A DNA stretch of 64,000 nucleotides from the human T2T-CHM13v2.0 reference genome, Homo sapiens (GCA_009914755.4 CP068257.2:44768001-44832000); one strand, 5' to 3'; shown: positions 1 through 14,662, counted from the first letter of the stretch. Notes: generated from the sequence alone by a model not told the origin. Program-made: numbers and translations.

Positions 1-2850
1 GTGTTGTATATTCAGTGGCGGAAGCACATTCACCATGTTGTATATTCAGTGGCGGAAGCGCATTCACAGTGTTGTATATTCAGTGATGGAAGCGCATTCA
101 CAGTGCTGTGCATTCAGCAGCGGAAGCGCATTCACGGTGTTGTGCGTTCAGTGGCAGAAGCGCATTCACGGTGTGCATTCAGTGGCGGAAGCGCATTCAC
201 CATGTTGTATATTCAGTGACGGAAGCGCATTCACGGTGTTGTGCATTCAGTGGCAGAAGCGCATTCACGGTGTTGTGCGTTCAGTGGCAGAAGCGCATTC
301 ACAGTGTTGTATATTCAGTGGCGGAAGCGCATTCACCATGTTGTATATTCAGTGGCGGAAGCGCATTCACAGTGTTGTATATTCAGTGATGGAAGTGCAT
401 TCACAGTGCTGTGCATTCAGCAGCGGAAGCGCATTCATGGTGTGCGTTCAGTGGCAGAAGCGCATTCACGGTGTTGTGCATTCAGTGGCGGAAGCGCATT
501 CACAGTGTTGTATATTCAGTGGCGGAAGCGCATTCACAGTGTTGTATATTCAGTGATGGAAGCGCATTCACAGTGCTGTGCATTCAGCAGCGGAAGCGCA
601 TTCACGGTGTTGTGCGTTCAGTGGCAGAAGCGCATTCACGGTGTTGTGCGTTCAGTGGCGGAAGCGCATTCACCATGTTGTATATTCAGTGACGGAAGCG
701 CATTCACGGTGTTGTGCATTCAGTGGCAGAAGCGCATTCACAGTGTTGTGCGTTCAGTGGCAGAAGCGCATTCACAGTGTTGTATATTCAGTGGCGGAAG
801 CGCATTCACCATGTTGTATATTCAGTGGCGGAAGCGCATTCACAGTGCTGTGCATTCAGTGGCGGAAGCCCATTCACGGTGTTGTGCATTCAGCGGCGGA
901 AGCCCATTCACAGTGCTGCGCATTCAGCAGCGGAAGCGCATTCACAGTGTTGTATATTCAGTGGCGGAAGCGCATTCACAGTGCTGTGCATTCAGTGGTG
1001 GAAGCCCATTCACGGTGTTGTGCATTCAGTGGCGGAAGCGCATTCACAGTGTTGTATATTCAGTGGCGGAAGCACATTCACCATGTTGTATATTCAGTGG
1101 CGGAAGCGCATTCACAGTGTTGTATATTCAGTGATGGAAGCGCATTCACAGTGCTGTGCATTCAGCAGCGGAAGCGCATTCACGGTGTTGTGTGTTCAGT
1201 GGCAGAAGCGCATTCACGGTGTGCATTCAGTGGCGGAAGCGCATTCACCATGTTGTATATTCAGTGACGGAAGCGCATTCACGGTGTTGTGCATTCAGTG
1301 GCAGAAGCGCATTCACGGTGTTGTGCGTTCAGTGGCAGAAGCGCATTCACAGTGTTGTATATTCAGTGGCGGAAGCGCATTCACCATGTTGTATATTCAG
1401 TGGCGGAAGCGCATTCACAGTGTTGTATATTCAGTGATGGAAGTGCATTCACAGTGCTGTGCATTCAGCAGCGGAAGCGCATTCATGGTGTGCGTTCAGT
1501 GGCAGAAGCGCATTCACGGTGTTGTGCATTCAGTGGCGGAAGCGCATTCACAGTGTTGTATATTCAGTGGCGGAAGCGCATTCACAGTGTTGTATATTCA
1601 GTGATGGAAGCGCATTCACAGTGCTGTGCATTCAGCAGCGGAAGCGCATTCACGGTGTTGTGCGTTCAGTGGCAGAAGCGCATTCACGGTGTTGTGCGTT
1701 CAGTGGCGGAAGCGCATTCACCATGTTGTATATTCAGTGACGGAAGCGCATTCACGGTGTTGTGCATTCAGTGGCAGAAGCGCATTCACAGTGTTGTGCG
1801 TTCAGTGGCAGAAGCGCATTCACGGTGTTGTATATTCAGTGGCGGAAGCGCATTCACCATGTTGTATATTCAGTGGCGGAAGCGCATTCACAGTGTTGTA
1901 TATTGAGTGATGGAAGCACATTCACAGTGCTGTGCATTCAGCAGCGGAAGCGCATTCACAGTGTTGTATATTCAGTGGCGGAAGCGCATTCACAGTGTTG
2001 TATATTCAGTGATGGAAGCACATTCACAGTGCTGTGCATTCAGCAGCGGAAGCGCATTCACGGTGTTGTGCGTTCAGTGGCAGAAGCGCATTCACGGTGT
2101 TGTGCGTTCAGTGGCGGAAGCGCATTCACAGTGTTGTATATTCAGTGGCGGAAGCGCATTCACAGTGCTGTGCATTCAGTGGCGGAAGCCCATTCACGGT
2201 GTTGTGCATTCAGTGGCGGAAGCGCATTCACAGTGTTGTATATTCAGTGACGGAAGCGCATTCACGGTGTTGTGCATTCAGCAGCGGAAGCGCATTCACC
2301 ATGTTGTATATTCAGTGACGGAAGCGCATTCACGGTGTTGTGCATTCAGTGGCAGAAGCGCATTCACGGTGTTGTACATTCAGTGACGGAAGAGCATTCA
2401 CGGTGTTGTGCGTTCAGTGGCGGAAGCCCATTCACGGTGTTGTGCATTCAGTGGTGGAAGCCCATTCACAGTGCTGTACATTCAGTGGCAGAAGTGCATT
2501 CGTGGTGTGCATTCAGGGGCGGAAGTGCATTCACGGTATTGTGCATAGTTCAGTGGCAGAAGCGCATTCACGGTGTTGTGCGTTGAGCGGCGGAAACACA
2601 TTCATGGTGTTGTGCGTTGAGCGGCGGAAGCGCATTCACGGTGTTGTGCGTAGTTCAGTGGCGGAAGTGCATTCATGGTGTTGTGCGTTGAGCGGCGGAA
2701 GCGCATTCACGGTGTTGTGCGTTCAGTGGCAGAAGTGCATTCACAGTGTTGTGCATAGTTCAGTGGTGCAAGTGCATTCATGGTGTTGTGCGTAGTTCAG
2801 TGGTGCAGGCACATTCACGGTGTTGTACATTCGGTGATGGAATCACATTC
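1..2850. repeat. satellite-like tandem array with ~34-bp monomers (core GGAAGCGCATTCAC); ~1.8 copies of a 1048-bp higher-order repeat (1..~1900), then a more diverged monomer array to ~2850
   Basis: Monomer spacing is 31-37 bp. Near-identical ORF-track peptides recur at exactly +1048 (108 and 1156, 241 and 1289, 411 and 1459, 578 and 1626, 714 and 1762). The array runs off the 5' edge of the window. Confidence 0.9.
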
Positions 2851-2952
2851 ACAGTATTGTGCAGCCATCACCACCATCCATCTCCAGAAGTCTTCATCTT
2901 GCAAAACTGAACTCTGTCCCCATTAGACTCTCACTCCCCATTTGCCCTCCCC

Positions 2953-3240
2953 TGGCACCATGGCTCACACCTGTAATCCCAGCACTTCGGGAGGCTGAGG
3001 CAGGAGGACCACTCCAGCCCAGGAATTCGATACCAGCCTGGGCAACATAGGGAGACCCTGTCTCTATAAAAAATTAAAAAAATTAGCCGTGTGTGGTGGC
3101 ACGCACCTGTAGTCCCAGCTTCTCAGAAAGCTGAGGTGGGAGGATTGTTTGTGCCCTGGAGTTTGAGGCTACAGTGAGCTGTGATTGTGCCACTGCACTC
3201 CAGCCTGGGCAACAGAGTGAGACCCTGTCTCAGAAAGAAA
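2953..3240 (+). mobile_element. Alu SINE (full length, sense)
   Basis: GGCTCACACCTGTAATCCCAGCACTTCGGGAGGCTGAGG...GCACTCCAGCCTGGGCAACAGAGTGAGACCCTGTCTC followed by an A-rich tail. Confidence 0.9.
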
Positions 3241-3707
3241 GATCTTTGCCTGCCTGGCAACTGACTTTTGTGAATGACCAGATACAGTGACTTATTTCGA
3301 ATTGCTGTTTGAGTGGTGGATCTCTGATGAACTGGCCCCTTCCCTCCCCTAGCCTCAGGTTCCACCTGGGGATGTTTGTGTATTCTTTTGTAAATGATGA
3401 ATAATGGAGGAAAAACCGTATCAATAATTTTCACCTTTAATCAGCACCTCGTTCACCTTTGCCGTATTTTTATTAAATGTGCAGGTGCTCCTTGGCCTTT
3501 GCTGAGGTCACGCCTTTGACCACTGTCAGTGGAAGGCGTTGTGAGTCGAGGAACGTGCCGAAGTGCCTGCTCCTTTTGCCCCATCACCAAGCTGAAAAGT
3601 CCTAAGTCAGAGACTCTCAAATACTGAAATTGTGTTGAAAGTCCCTTACAGCCATTTGCTTTTAACCAAATTGTTTTAACGAAAGCTTTAACCATTTTTC
3701 TCGATAG

Positions 3708-3859
3708 CTGAAAGACCAGGTTTTATCCTTAAGTCACGAGATAGAAGAGTGCCGCTCCGAGTTGGAGGTGCTGCAGCAGAGGCGGGAGCGGGAGAACCGG
3801 GAAGGCGCAAACCTCCTCTCCATGCTCAAGGCCGACGTCAACCTGTCCCACAGCGAAAG
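3708..3859 (+). CDS. PCNT: pericentrin coding exon (window exon 1), coiled coil; peptide LKDQVLSLSHEIEECRSELEVLQQRRERENREGANLLSMLKADVNLSHSE(R)
   Basis: Acceptor tttctcgatAG|CTG with upstream pyrimidine tract; donor GAAAG|GTCAGT. Open coiled-coil frame. Phase 0 in, phase 2 out; joins exon 2 to give ..SER|GALQ... Confidence 0.8.
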
Positions 3860-4766
3860 GTCAGTGTGTCCTCGGCACCGAGGCTGCCTTGTGGCCGCCA
3901 GCACCCGCTGGGTCATGCAGATGCCATTGGTCCCCACGGCTCCTGGCCCCGTGGCTGCTGCCACCATGCACGCTGGCTCCTGGTGGACGGGGACCCGGCT
4001 TCCTTCTTCTCTCAGTTAGAAAGATTGTAAGCACCGGGAAGAAATCGCCTGCTGTGTCTCATCTCCCAGCCCCCGTGCCCTCCTCCCACCCTGCCTGCTG
4101 TGTCTCATTTCCCCATCTGGCCAGATTAAAACCAGCCGTTATCTCCCACACAGAGCCCGACCCCTCCCCTTTAGTGTCTGCGTCCCCGCAGCGTGTCCTC
4201 GTCCCCGGCACGGGGTGCAGGCCCACATGTCTCGTGGTTCCTGTGCTTTGGACTGTGTGCAAGTGTCGTGCCTCATGCATCTCTCTCTGTGACGTGTGTT
4301 TCTGAGACCGGCCCGAGCAGGGGCCGTAGCCCTGTCCGTTCCTTTCTCCATTGGGAGCCTGTGCCTGGGGAGCTGCAGGCACTGGGCTGAGCGCCCAGCC
4401 CCGAGGGCTCTCCCAGGGCGGGGTGTGGGTCTGCTTACCACGGGCCGTGGGGCCGCCTTCCCTGAACGCATGGGTCCAGGCCACATCCTGCCTTGGTGCC
4501 TCCTCACCTGCAGTGATGCTGTCCAGCAGGCTTGTCTGCCCTTTTGTCGCGTGTGGGGTCTTGAGAAACTTTTTGCTCCTCTGACACCATGGAGGTTTTT
4601 CCCAGGTCACCTCACAGGGTTTTAAGTTTTGCTTTTGTGTGACTCTGGAGTGAGCCTGCAGAGTTGTTCTTGCTTGCACCTGTCTGGGCAGTGGACTCGG
4701 CACTGTGTTGCCAAACGCAGCCTCCCCTTGGTGCGCGTCCTCCCCGTCCCCTTGTGTGGGTCTTTG

Positions 4767-4968
4767 GCTGCTCCCATTGGCGTGTCCCCGCCCGAGGCCT
4801 CTGTGTCCTGCTGCTGCTCCCATCTGTGTGTCCCCGCTGAGGCTTCTGGGTCCAGCCACTGCTCCCGTCTGTCTGTCCCCGCCCCAGGCCTCTGAGTCCT
4901 GCTGCTGCTCCCGTCTTTGTGTCCCCACTCGAGGCCTCTGGGTTGTGCTGCTGTGTCCTGAAGCTCTG
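4767..4968. repeat. 46-bp minisatellite, ~4 copies (GTCCCCGCCCGAGGCCTCTGTGTCCTGCTGCTGCTCCCATCTGTGT)
   Basis: Direct tandem units at 4784, 4830, 4876 and 4922. Confidence 0.7.
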
Positions 4969-5805
4969 AACTGGTTTGGCTCTGCTCTGGAGACCACCCA
5001 GGGTCCGGAGACCAGGTCGGGCTTATGGGACCCTCTGAGCTCACAGCTGTTTCTGGAGCATTGGTGTCTGTCATGCTGAGGGTCCATCCGTGTGTGGGGG
5101 GTGTCTGTGCAGGTCTCTCTTTGTTCTTTTCATCAAGTTTTGTGATTTTTCTGTGAGGACCTTGCCTTCTGTAGCACTTGGCTGTGGGTGTCTCGTAGCT
5201 TGGTGCTGACTCTCTCCAGTCACCCAGGTCAGTGGGCGAGCGAGAGCTCTAAACCGAGGGGCACAGCGGCCAGTGGGGCGGTCTGTGCTCTTAACTCGAG
5301 GGGTGCAGAGGTGGGTGGTGGGCGGGGTAGTCCCAGGCTCTAAACACAAGGGGTGCAGAGGTGAGCCCACGGTCCCTGGACACTGGAGAGGCTGCCTGTC
5401 TTGAGGTGGGGTGGCTGCAGACGCCCTGATGCCTGCAGGAGTTGGGCATTTTGGGGGGTGGAAGTGTGCTGGGGAGCAGGTGGCATTCTCTCCGTCAAGC
5501 CCCTCCTCAGGACTCCCCCTCCCTGTTATTTGCCCAGAATCTTCGGTTTCGCGGGGCCTGCACGACACTGCCTCCCGTTGTCACCTCACGGTCCCCACGA
5601 ATGAGTCCTCATCGTCTGCTCCTCAGGGTTGGGCTCTCTGGGGACAGAGCTGTGAGCAGAGTAGAGGGAGGGCTGGCTGTGTAGTCACTGGGTCAACGTG
5701 CCTGTCCTCAGCGGCGTCACAGCTCCTAAATCATAGTGCAGGGAGCGAGATGTGGAGGGGCCTGTGGCCTCGGGAGCCCCTGTGTGTAAAAACAGAAGCA
5801 TCCCA

Positions 5806-6367
<562 letters not shown>

Positions 6368-6617
6368 TCAGAAATGGCATCAGGAAGACCTCACCTAGGA
6401 AAGCCCGTGTCCCTGAGTGGGCTCCACGTGGTTGTCTTGTCTGTGGCCTCAGCTTCCTGTGCTCACATGGGCATGAGGATCATGTCTTCCGGCCCCGTGG
6501 GGACAGGCAGCCGTGGGCCGAGGTGTGCAAACTGGTGGGCGGCCCCTCAGCAGCATCCAGGGTGGGGGTTCTTATGCCGTGACCAGCTTGCCTGATGATG
6601 GGTGTCTCCTGTCTCAG

Positions 6618-6760
6618 AGGGGCCCTCCAGGACGCCCTGCGCAGGCTGCTGGGTTTGTTTGGAGAGACGCTGAGGGCAGCCGTCACCCTGAGGAGCCGGA
6701 TCGGGGAGCGCGTGGGGCTCTGCCTGGATGACGCGGGCGCAGGCCTGGCCCTGTCGACAG
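6618..6760 (+). CDS. PCNT: pericentrin coding exon 2; (R)GALQDALRRLLGLFGETLRAAVTLRSRIGERVGLCLDDAGAGLALST
   Basis: Acceptor ctcctgtctcAG|A; donor GACAG|GTGAGT. The frame continues the previous exon (AG+A=R). Ends phase 1. Confidence 0.8.
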
Positions 6761-7074
6761 GTGAGTGTGCCGGGACCAGCTGCCCAGCCCTGTGCTTGCA
6801 GCCCCTCTGTGGTCCTGGAGCTCTCTGAGAGGAGCCTCCGTATTGGGCGATGCCCTTGGGAGCACTGCCGTCCTGGTTTCCTGCTAGTTTCCGCACTTAC
6901 AGAAGGCCGAGACCGGGGTTTGGGCTAAATTTGTCAGCTCCCGTGGACGTGGCGCTGACTCATCTCGGCTGGGGCGACGTTCTGAGTTCTGTGGCTTCCT
7001 TGTCGTCTTGGCTGCCATGGCCGCGGCCGGCTTGCTCACTGAGCCGCGTGTGCCGGCATCTGCTCATCTTGTAG

Positions 7075-7307
7075 CTCCGGCGCTGGAGGAGACATGGTCT
7101 GATGTGGCCCTCCCGGAGTTGGACAGAACTTTGTCTGAATGTGCAGAGATGTCTTCCGTGGCTGAAATTAGCAGCCACATGCGTGAAAGCTTTCTCATGA
7201 GCCCAGAAAGTGTGCGGGAGTGTGAGCAGCCCATCCGGAGGGTCTTCCAGAGCCTCAGCCTGGCCGTGGACGGCCTCATGGAGATGGCCCTGGACTCCAG
7301 CAGGCAG
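7075..7307 (+). CDS. PCNT: pericentrin coding exon 3; (A)PALEETWSDVALPELDRTLSECAEMSSVAEISSHMRESFLMSPESVRECEQPIRRVFQSLSLAVDGLMEMALDSSRQ
   Basis: Acceptor ctcatcttgtAG|CTCC; donor GCAG|GTGAGG. Phase 1 in, phase 0 out. A near-identical copy of this exon lies at 7776-8004. Confidence 0.85.
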
Positions 7308-7677
7308 GTGAGGCCCAGGCTCCCGGGGTCCTGTGGAGATGTGAACAACTGAGTAGCTGATGATGCCACACGAGCCTGGTGGATGCCGGTGCCAACGACG
7401 CTCGCACGGGTTTCTCCCCAAGGAGGAGGCTTTTCTGAACCAGATCTTTGAGGAAGTGGGCTTGCTACGAATGAGAGAATCTGTTTGTTTAATTTGGATA
7501 ATAAACAGGCCCATTTTCTTTACTTCATGCACTGTTGCAATTCCATGTGGAGTGTTTTCATATTTAGAGATTATCACTAAGAAAGGAAATTTTTTGTAAC
7601 CGTTTTAGAACATTTTAGACAATTAAAAAAGACATTAAGTAGGAATACACGGAAAGCAATCAAAGATCTTTTTTTCA

Positions 7678-8211
<534 letters not shown>

Positions 8212-8542
8212 CTAAGTTTTGAGTTCAGAGGTAACTCTGGGTCTCAGCCTGTAGATGGCCTGGGAGCCCCAGACTGGACACAGTTGCCAGGGGAGTGTCT
8301 GGAGGAAGGGAGAGGGGCCCAGGGCTGAACTGGGAGGCTGAGGAGGGGTCCTCATTGGAGACTGTGGCCACAGTGTCTCGGAGGGTGGCTGAGATGTGCT
8401 CAGGTCCCGTCACCCTGGCCTGGCCCTGCCTGGGTGGTGACGGCCTGAAGGGTCTGGGGGTAGAAGTGGCGTTCTCTTGGTCTTAATGTAGGCTTCAGTT
8501 ATTTTTGATCTGGAGTTTTGATTTGCAAATGTGTTTTAACAG

Positions 8543-8705
8543 CTGGAAGAAGCACGCCAAATTCATTCTCGTTTTGAAAAAGAATTTAGTTTTAAGAATG
8601 AGGAGACAGCACAGGTTGTCAGGAAGCACCAGGAGCTGCTGGAGTGTTTGAAGGAGGAGAGCGCAGCAAAGGCAGAGCTGGCGCTGGAGCTGCACAAGAC
8701 TCAGG
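8543..8705 (+). CDS. PCNT: pericentrin coding exon 4; LEEARQIHSRFEKEFSFKNEETAQVVRKHQELLECLKEESAAKAELALELHKTQ(G)
   Basis: Acceptor tgttttaacAG|CTGG; donor TCAGG|GTGAGC. Phase 0 in, phase 1 out. Confidence 0.85.
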
Positions 8706-9036
8706 GTGAGCAGCATGAGGCCTCGGGGCACCTGGAGCACAGGCACGGGGAGCAGGCCTGGCCTCACTGAGGGAAGGAAGCCTTCAGAATAGGGTTTTTA
8801 AAGTGAAATGTAAAAACAAAGCCAACATGGGAGGCACCCATGGTTTGGGAGGAATGGGGTGGTCGGGAGCTGCTGCGGCCAGCAGGGCTGTTGGAGGCCT
8901 ACACCTGGGTCCTGGAAGCTGCTGGCTCTTAGCTCTGCTGCTCTCAGGGGCAGTGGCCCCGTCCCTTCCTCCAAGCAGGCTCTCCTCAGTTACACCCAGG
9001 ACTGGCTTTGTCAGAGCATCTGTGTCTCCCACAAAG

Positions 9037-9249
9037 GTACCCTTGAGGGATTCAAGGTGGAGACAGCAGATCTGAAGGAGGTGCTGGCCGGGAAGGAGGA
9101 TTCCGAGCACCGTCTGGTGCTGGAGCTGGAGAGCCTGAGACGGCAGCTGCAGCAGGCGGCCCAGGAGCAGGCGGCGCTGAGGGAGGAGTGCACCCGTCTG
9201 TGGAGTCGGGGGGAGGCCACAGCCACGGATGCCGAGGCCAGAGAAGCTG
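9037..9249 (+). CDS. PCNT: pericentrin coding exon 5; (G)TLEGFKVETADLKEVLAGKEDSEHRLVLELESLRRQLQQAAQEQAALREECTRLWSRGEATATDAEAREA
   Basis: Acceptor ctcccacaaAG|GTACC; donor AAGCTG|GTAAGG. Phase 1 in, phase 1 out. Confidence 0.85.
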
Positions 9250-9724
9250 GTAAGGAGCGCGGGCTGTGGAGGGTGGTGCGAGCTGTGGGGCGCGGATACA
9301 GCTGCCACGGTTTCCCCAGCTCCCAAGGACACTCAGTGTCTCTAGAGGGTCAAGTGTAAACCAGCACGCAGCTTCTCCTGGAACACTGGGCATGGGAAGC
9401 TTGTGCGGATCAGGTGAGGCATCCACTGGCTTTGCTGCCCTTTCAGAGAAGGCGGGTTGTCTGTCGGTCCTGCTGGTTGGAGGGTCCCCACCTCTGTGAG
9501 GTGGAAATAAGAGGGGCTCTGAGTCCAACAGCAGCAGCTGGAGGCAGAGCCGAGTGCGGCAAACAAGAGCTACTTTAAAATTTCATTTAAAATAACCAAG
9601 TGCCTGATATTAACCCTCATTAGGAAAACATAGTGTTAACAATATTAGTTTGTATCTTTTCAGATTTTTAGATATTTTAGTCTCAAAGGTATTTAAAATG
9701 AAAACTGTCAAAACATAAGTTTAA

Positions 9725-10393
<669 letters not shown>

Positions 10394-13224
10394 AGCTCCT
10401 ATGGTTTCTCACTGCCTTCGTTGGGTTGGACGCTTTTGGACATGTTTGCTGCCTTTCACAGGATGTGGGGTTCAGGTCGTGCCTCCTCGTGGTGCCCCAG
10501 CCTTTCCACCTGTGGTGCTCGTGTTGACATCTGGGTCCCACAAGCTTATAATTCTTTGGCCCAGGGGGCGTTTTCCAGGGTGGAAGACATTGGTCCCACG
10601 GGATGTTTTAAACTCTGCCTATGACTGTGCCCACACTTTGTCCTCTCCTTTTCTTGGTTCATTTCTGTCATTCTCGTTTATCCCGTTCTATTTTTTATAT
10701 AAATTTCTGATGCTGAAGGATTAGCCTGGTGTTTTTCCCCTCGTGTATCTTTTCTTGTCCTTTTATTTTAAGTCTTTTTTAATACTCTGTTTTAGTTGTG
10801 CCTTGTATGGATACCATATTCATGACTGTTTTTTAAAAGCCTGTCTGTGAGTATCTTCTTTTAGTCATTTAGCCAAGTTTTATTTGCCGCACCTCCTGGC
10901 GTTGGGCCCTTGCTCGGGGGTGGATTTTCCTTGGCCAGCTGTGAAGTCCTCACTGCGGTGTTGCCTGCTGCCAGGCTCAGGGCGGCGTCATCTCCCCACG
11001 GGCCTCTAAGCCCTGTTGCCCCCGCACTCTGTGTGTCCACAGGGGGAGTGCGGGGGAACCTCCAGGGCCAGGAGGGCCTGGAGTCTCTTCAGGTCCCTTC
11101 CTCCACCAGTGAAGTGGTGCTGGAGACATGACTCGAGATCCTGTTTCTTTTCCTTTGACGCCCTCGTTTTCCTGCATCTCCTCAGGATTTTTCAGGGTGT
11201 TTTCAGGAACGTCTCTGACGTCCTGCATCGCTCTCAGCATCTTTGCCCTGGCGGTGCTGTTGCATCTGGGCGTCCGTTGTCGCTGTTTCTCCGATGCTTT
11301 CTCTGCTTGTCCTCTGCTGTCCGGGGGCAGCCTCATGGTCGGGCCCCTCCCTGTAGACTCTGCTGCCCCATTTCCAGTGTCTTCGCGCCCAGCCAGCCGG
11401 CGCTGGGCCACACCCCGCCGGGGGAGACCACCTGGTGTTTCATCACCTCGAGCCCTTGGACTTCAGCCAGTCACTTCGTTTGTCAGGCCTCCGGGCAGAT
11501 AAAGGGGTGTGTGGCCTGCATTCTGTTGAACGGCCCGGTGAGGCCGGGGCCCTGTGGCTAGCGCCCCCGTGTCAGGTGCCTGTGTCGTGCCCTGGGCCTG
11601 AGCCCGTGGGTCTGAGCACTGCAGGGCTTCTTCCCAAGGCTGTGGTGGCCCGTCTGCTGCCTTGCCTCTGGTTCACCTCCTGCCACAAAGCCTGGCCCAC
11701 CAGGGAGTGTCGTGACAGGTGGATGTGGGCCCTGGGTGTCCATAGCCTGGCTGGGCTCCCTGCAGGCCCCAGGATTGAAGCTGAGGCTTACCATGGGCCT
11801 TGCAGTGGCAGGCGCCTGGCATGCCGGGAGTGGATCTCATGGAGCCCTTTCGCAGGCTCGGGCCAACTTTGTCACTGGGAAATTCTCGTTGTTTCTCTGG
11901 GGTCCTCTTTGTTTGCTTTCCTTTCGACATGGTTAACCCTGCCCTAGTTTCTCACTCTGGTTTGTTTTCTTTCCTTTCACCCTGGCTCTGCGGTTGTGTG
12001 ACTCTGCGCCAGCTACCGGCCCTGACCACTCTCCCGGCAGGGCCTAGGCTCTGACGGTGGCGTGAACCCGGCCCTGGTGTGCAGCGGCCCTGCCTCGCCG
12101 TGTTGCGTGACGCCCCCTTCGCTGTGTGGTGTTTTGTGGCTCTCTTCAGGTGTTGCCATCTGTCCCTTTTGTTCTCTTTGTCTCCTTGAAAAGTTGATGG
12201 GCCTGCAGCCGCACAGGCAGTTGTGGGCATGGTGGGCGCTGAGTCTGGAGGTTGTTCAAGGCCAGCAGCGTTGCCCGGAGCCCTGCTGCTGACGCTGCCG
12301 TCACTGGTTCTAGCTCTCACATTCTCAGCTGCACGTTTCTGTTTCCACCTCAGTAAACGCAAACTCTTGTTCATAGGCACAGCTGTCACTGCAGCACACA
12401 AGGACTCAGGTTTGTAAAGACAAACGATTGATTTGTGTGTGACGTGCTGTTTGTTTGCACTGGATTTTGCAAATTATTTACTAAAGAAAAGTACTTCAGA
12501 CCTTTTGTGGCAAACAATAAATACAGCGATACTCTAATCTTCAGTATTCATAAAAATGGGTGGAGTTGTCCCATTTTAACGCCCCAGCAAAACAGGAGCA
12601 TTTCTCTAACGGTCTTTACTACAGTGCCTAAGCTACAGTTTGTGCTGCTTTTCAGAAACTGATGTCTTGTGATAGTTACAGCTGTTCTTGGGCTGGGTCC
12701 CAGCTCTGGTCTCCAGGGAGGGCCTGGGCCCCCTGGATCCCCTGTGCCTGTTCAGCGTGGGTGTCACCTGCTTCGCCAGCTGGGATTGCGATCCTCGTGT
12801 GCCTCCCTGAGTCTGCGTGCATGTCAGCAGGCACCCTGCCCCAGTGCCCCTGGCCCTGAAGATGGTGATGTTCTGGGCCAAGCACAGCCCAGGTCGTGTC
12901 CAGGCCCAGGGAGTGCAGTCAGGGGAGCAGCTGCCCTCAGGCCTCGCCGCACGTCTCAGGTTGTGAATGTTACCGCAGCAGCATGTTTACAGCGGAGTCG
13001 CCGTTAACTGCTGACAGTGGCATCAACATTTATTGAGAATGTTACTTGCATTGGTCATGATAGTTTGTGATAAAAGACTTAACACTTTTACAAATCAAAA
13101 TGATTTTTTGGAAGCTGGTGAAATGTCAGTTAACATGTATGAATTTAATATTTTAGTTTTTGGGTGGCTTAAAGACTTCAGGATTCAGGCCGGGAGTGGT
13201 AGCTCACACCTGTAATCCCAGAAC

Positions 13225-13897
13225 CAGACTCCATCTCAGAAATAATTATAATAAAATAGAGACTTCGGGACTCAGCAGCAGAGACTCCATCTCAGAAATA
13301 ATAGTAATAAAATAGAGACTTCAGGACTCAGCAGCAGAGACTCCATCTCAGAAATAATAATAAAATAGAGACTTCAGGACTCAGCAACAGAGACTCCATC
13401 TCAGAAATAATAGTAATAAAATAGAGACTTCAGGATTCAGCAGCAGACACTCCATCTCAGAAATAATAGTAATAAAATAGAGACTTCAGGATTCGGCAGC
13501 AGACACTCCATCTCAGAAATAATAGTAATAAAATAGAGACTTCAGGATTCGGCAGCAGAGACTCCATCTCAGAAATAATAGTAATAAAATGGAGACTTCA
13601 GGACTCGGCAGCAGAGACTCCATCTCAGAAATAATAATAATAAAATGGAGACTTCAGGACTCGGCAGCAGAGACTCCATCTCAGAAATAATAGTAATAAA
13701 ATAGAGACTTCAGGACTCAGCAGCAGACACTCCATCTCAGAAATAATAGTAATAAAATAGAGACTTCAGGATTCAGCAGCAGAGACTCCATCTCGGAAAT
13801 AATAGTAATAAAATAGAGACTTCAGGATTCAGCAGCAGAGACTCCATCTCAGAAATAATAATAATAAAATGGAGGCTTCAGGACTTAGCAGCAGAGA
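13225..13897. repeat. ~58-bp minisatellite, ~11 copies (GAGACTCCATCTCAGAAATAATAGTAATAAAATAGAGACTTCAGGACTCAGCAGCA); grows out of an Alu 5' fragment (13186-13232)
   Basis: Perfect to near-perfect tandem units. Each begins with the Alu 3'-terminal motif AGACTCCATCTCA. Confidence 0.9.
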
Positions 13898-14361
13898 GCC
13901 CCTTTTTCCAAGACGCTTTTTCATCTGCAGTTTCCACTTGGGCCGGGGCTTCGCCACCCCAGGTCTCAGGCTGGTTTTGCTGCTGGAAGAGAATTTTTGA
14001 GGCTAGGCGATTTATCACAGACACACGTTTGTGACTTACAGTTCTGGAGGCTAGAAAGCCTAAGGTCAGGGTGCCAGCAGGTTTGGTGTCTGGTGAGGTA
14101 CCCATCTCTGCTTCTAAGGCAGAGCCTTGCACACTGTATCCTCCGGAGTGGAGGGCTGGATCATCCTGGGGCAGAGGCAGAAGGGCCGAGTGGGAGGACC
14201 ACTCCCAAAGCCGCTTATTGAGGCATTAAAACTGCTGTGAGGGTGGAGCCCTTGCGGCCTCGTCACCTTTTCAAGGCCCTTCCAATACCATCACTCTGGC
14301 AGTTAAATTTCAACATGAGTTTTGGAGGGGACAGAAATTTAAACTGTGGTACCCAGTTAAT

Positions 14362-14662
<301 letters not shown>

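Noticed and set aside
35-2795. Many long + strand ORFs (up to 297 aa, e.g. 241..1134 and 714..1604) with near-identical cysteine- and histidine-rich translations
   Set aside because: They lie entirely inside the ~34-bp tandem array. They repeat with the 1048-bp period, start at arbitrary alternative start codons and have no splice or promoter context. They are open frames created by a stop-free repeat unit, not genes.
4059-5087. A 342-aa minus-strand ORF, with overlapping 122-150-aa ORFs, in GC-rich intron sequence
   Set aside because: The translation is low-complexity and rich in Arg, Gly, Pro and Gln. It overlaps a 46-bp minisatellite and has ORFs in several frames and on both strands at once. 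That is typical of GC-rich non-coding DNA. No splice-site structure links it to anything.
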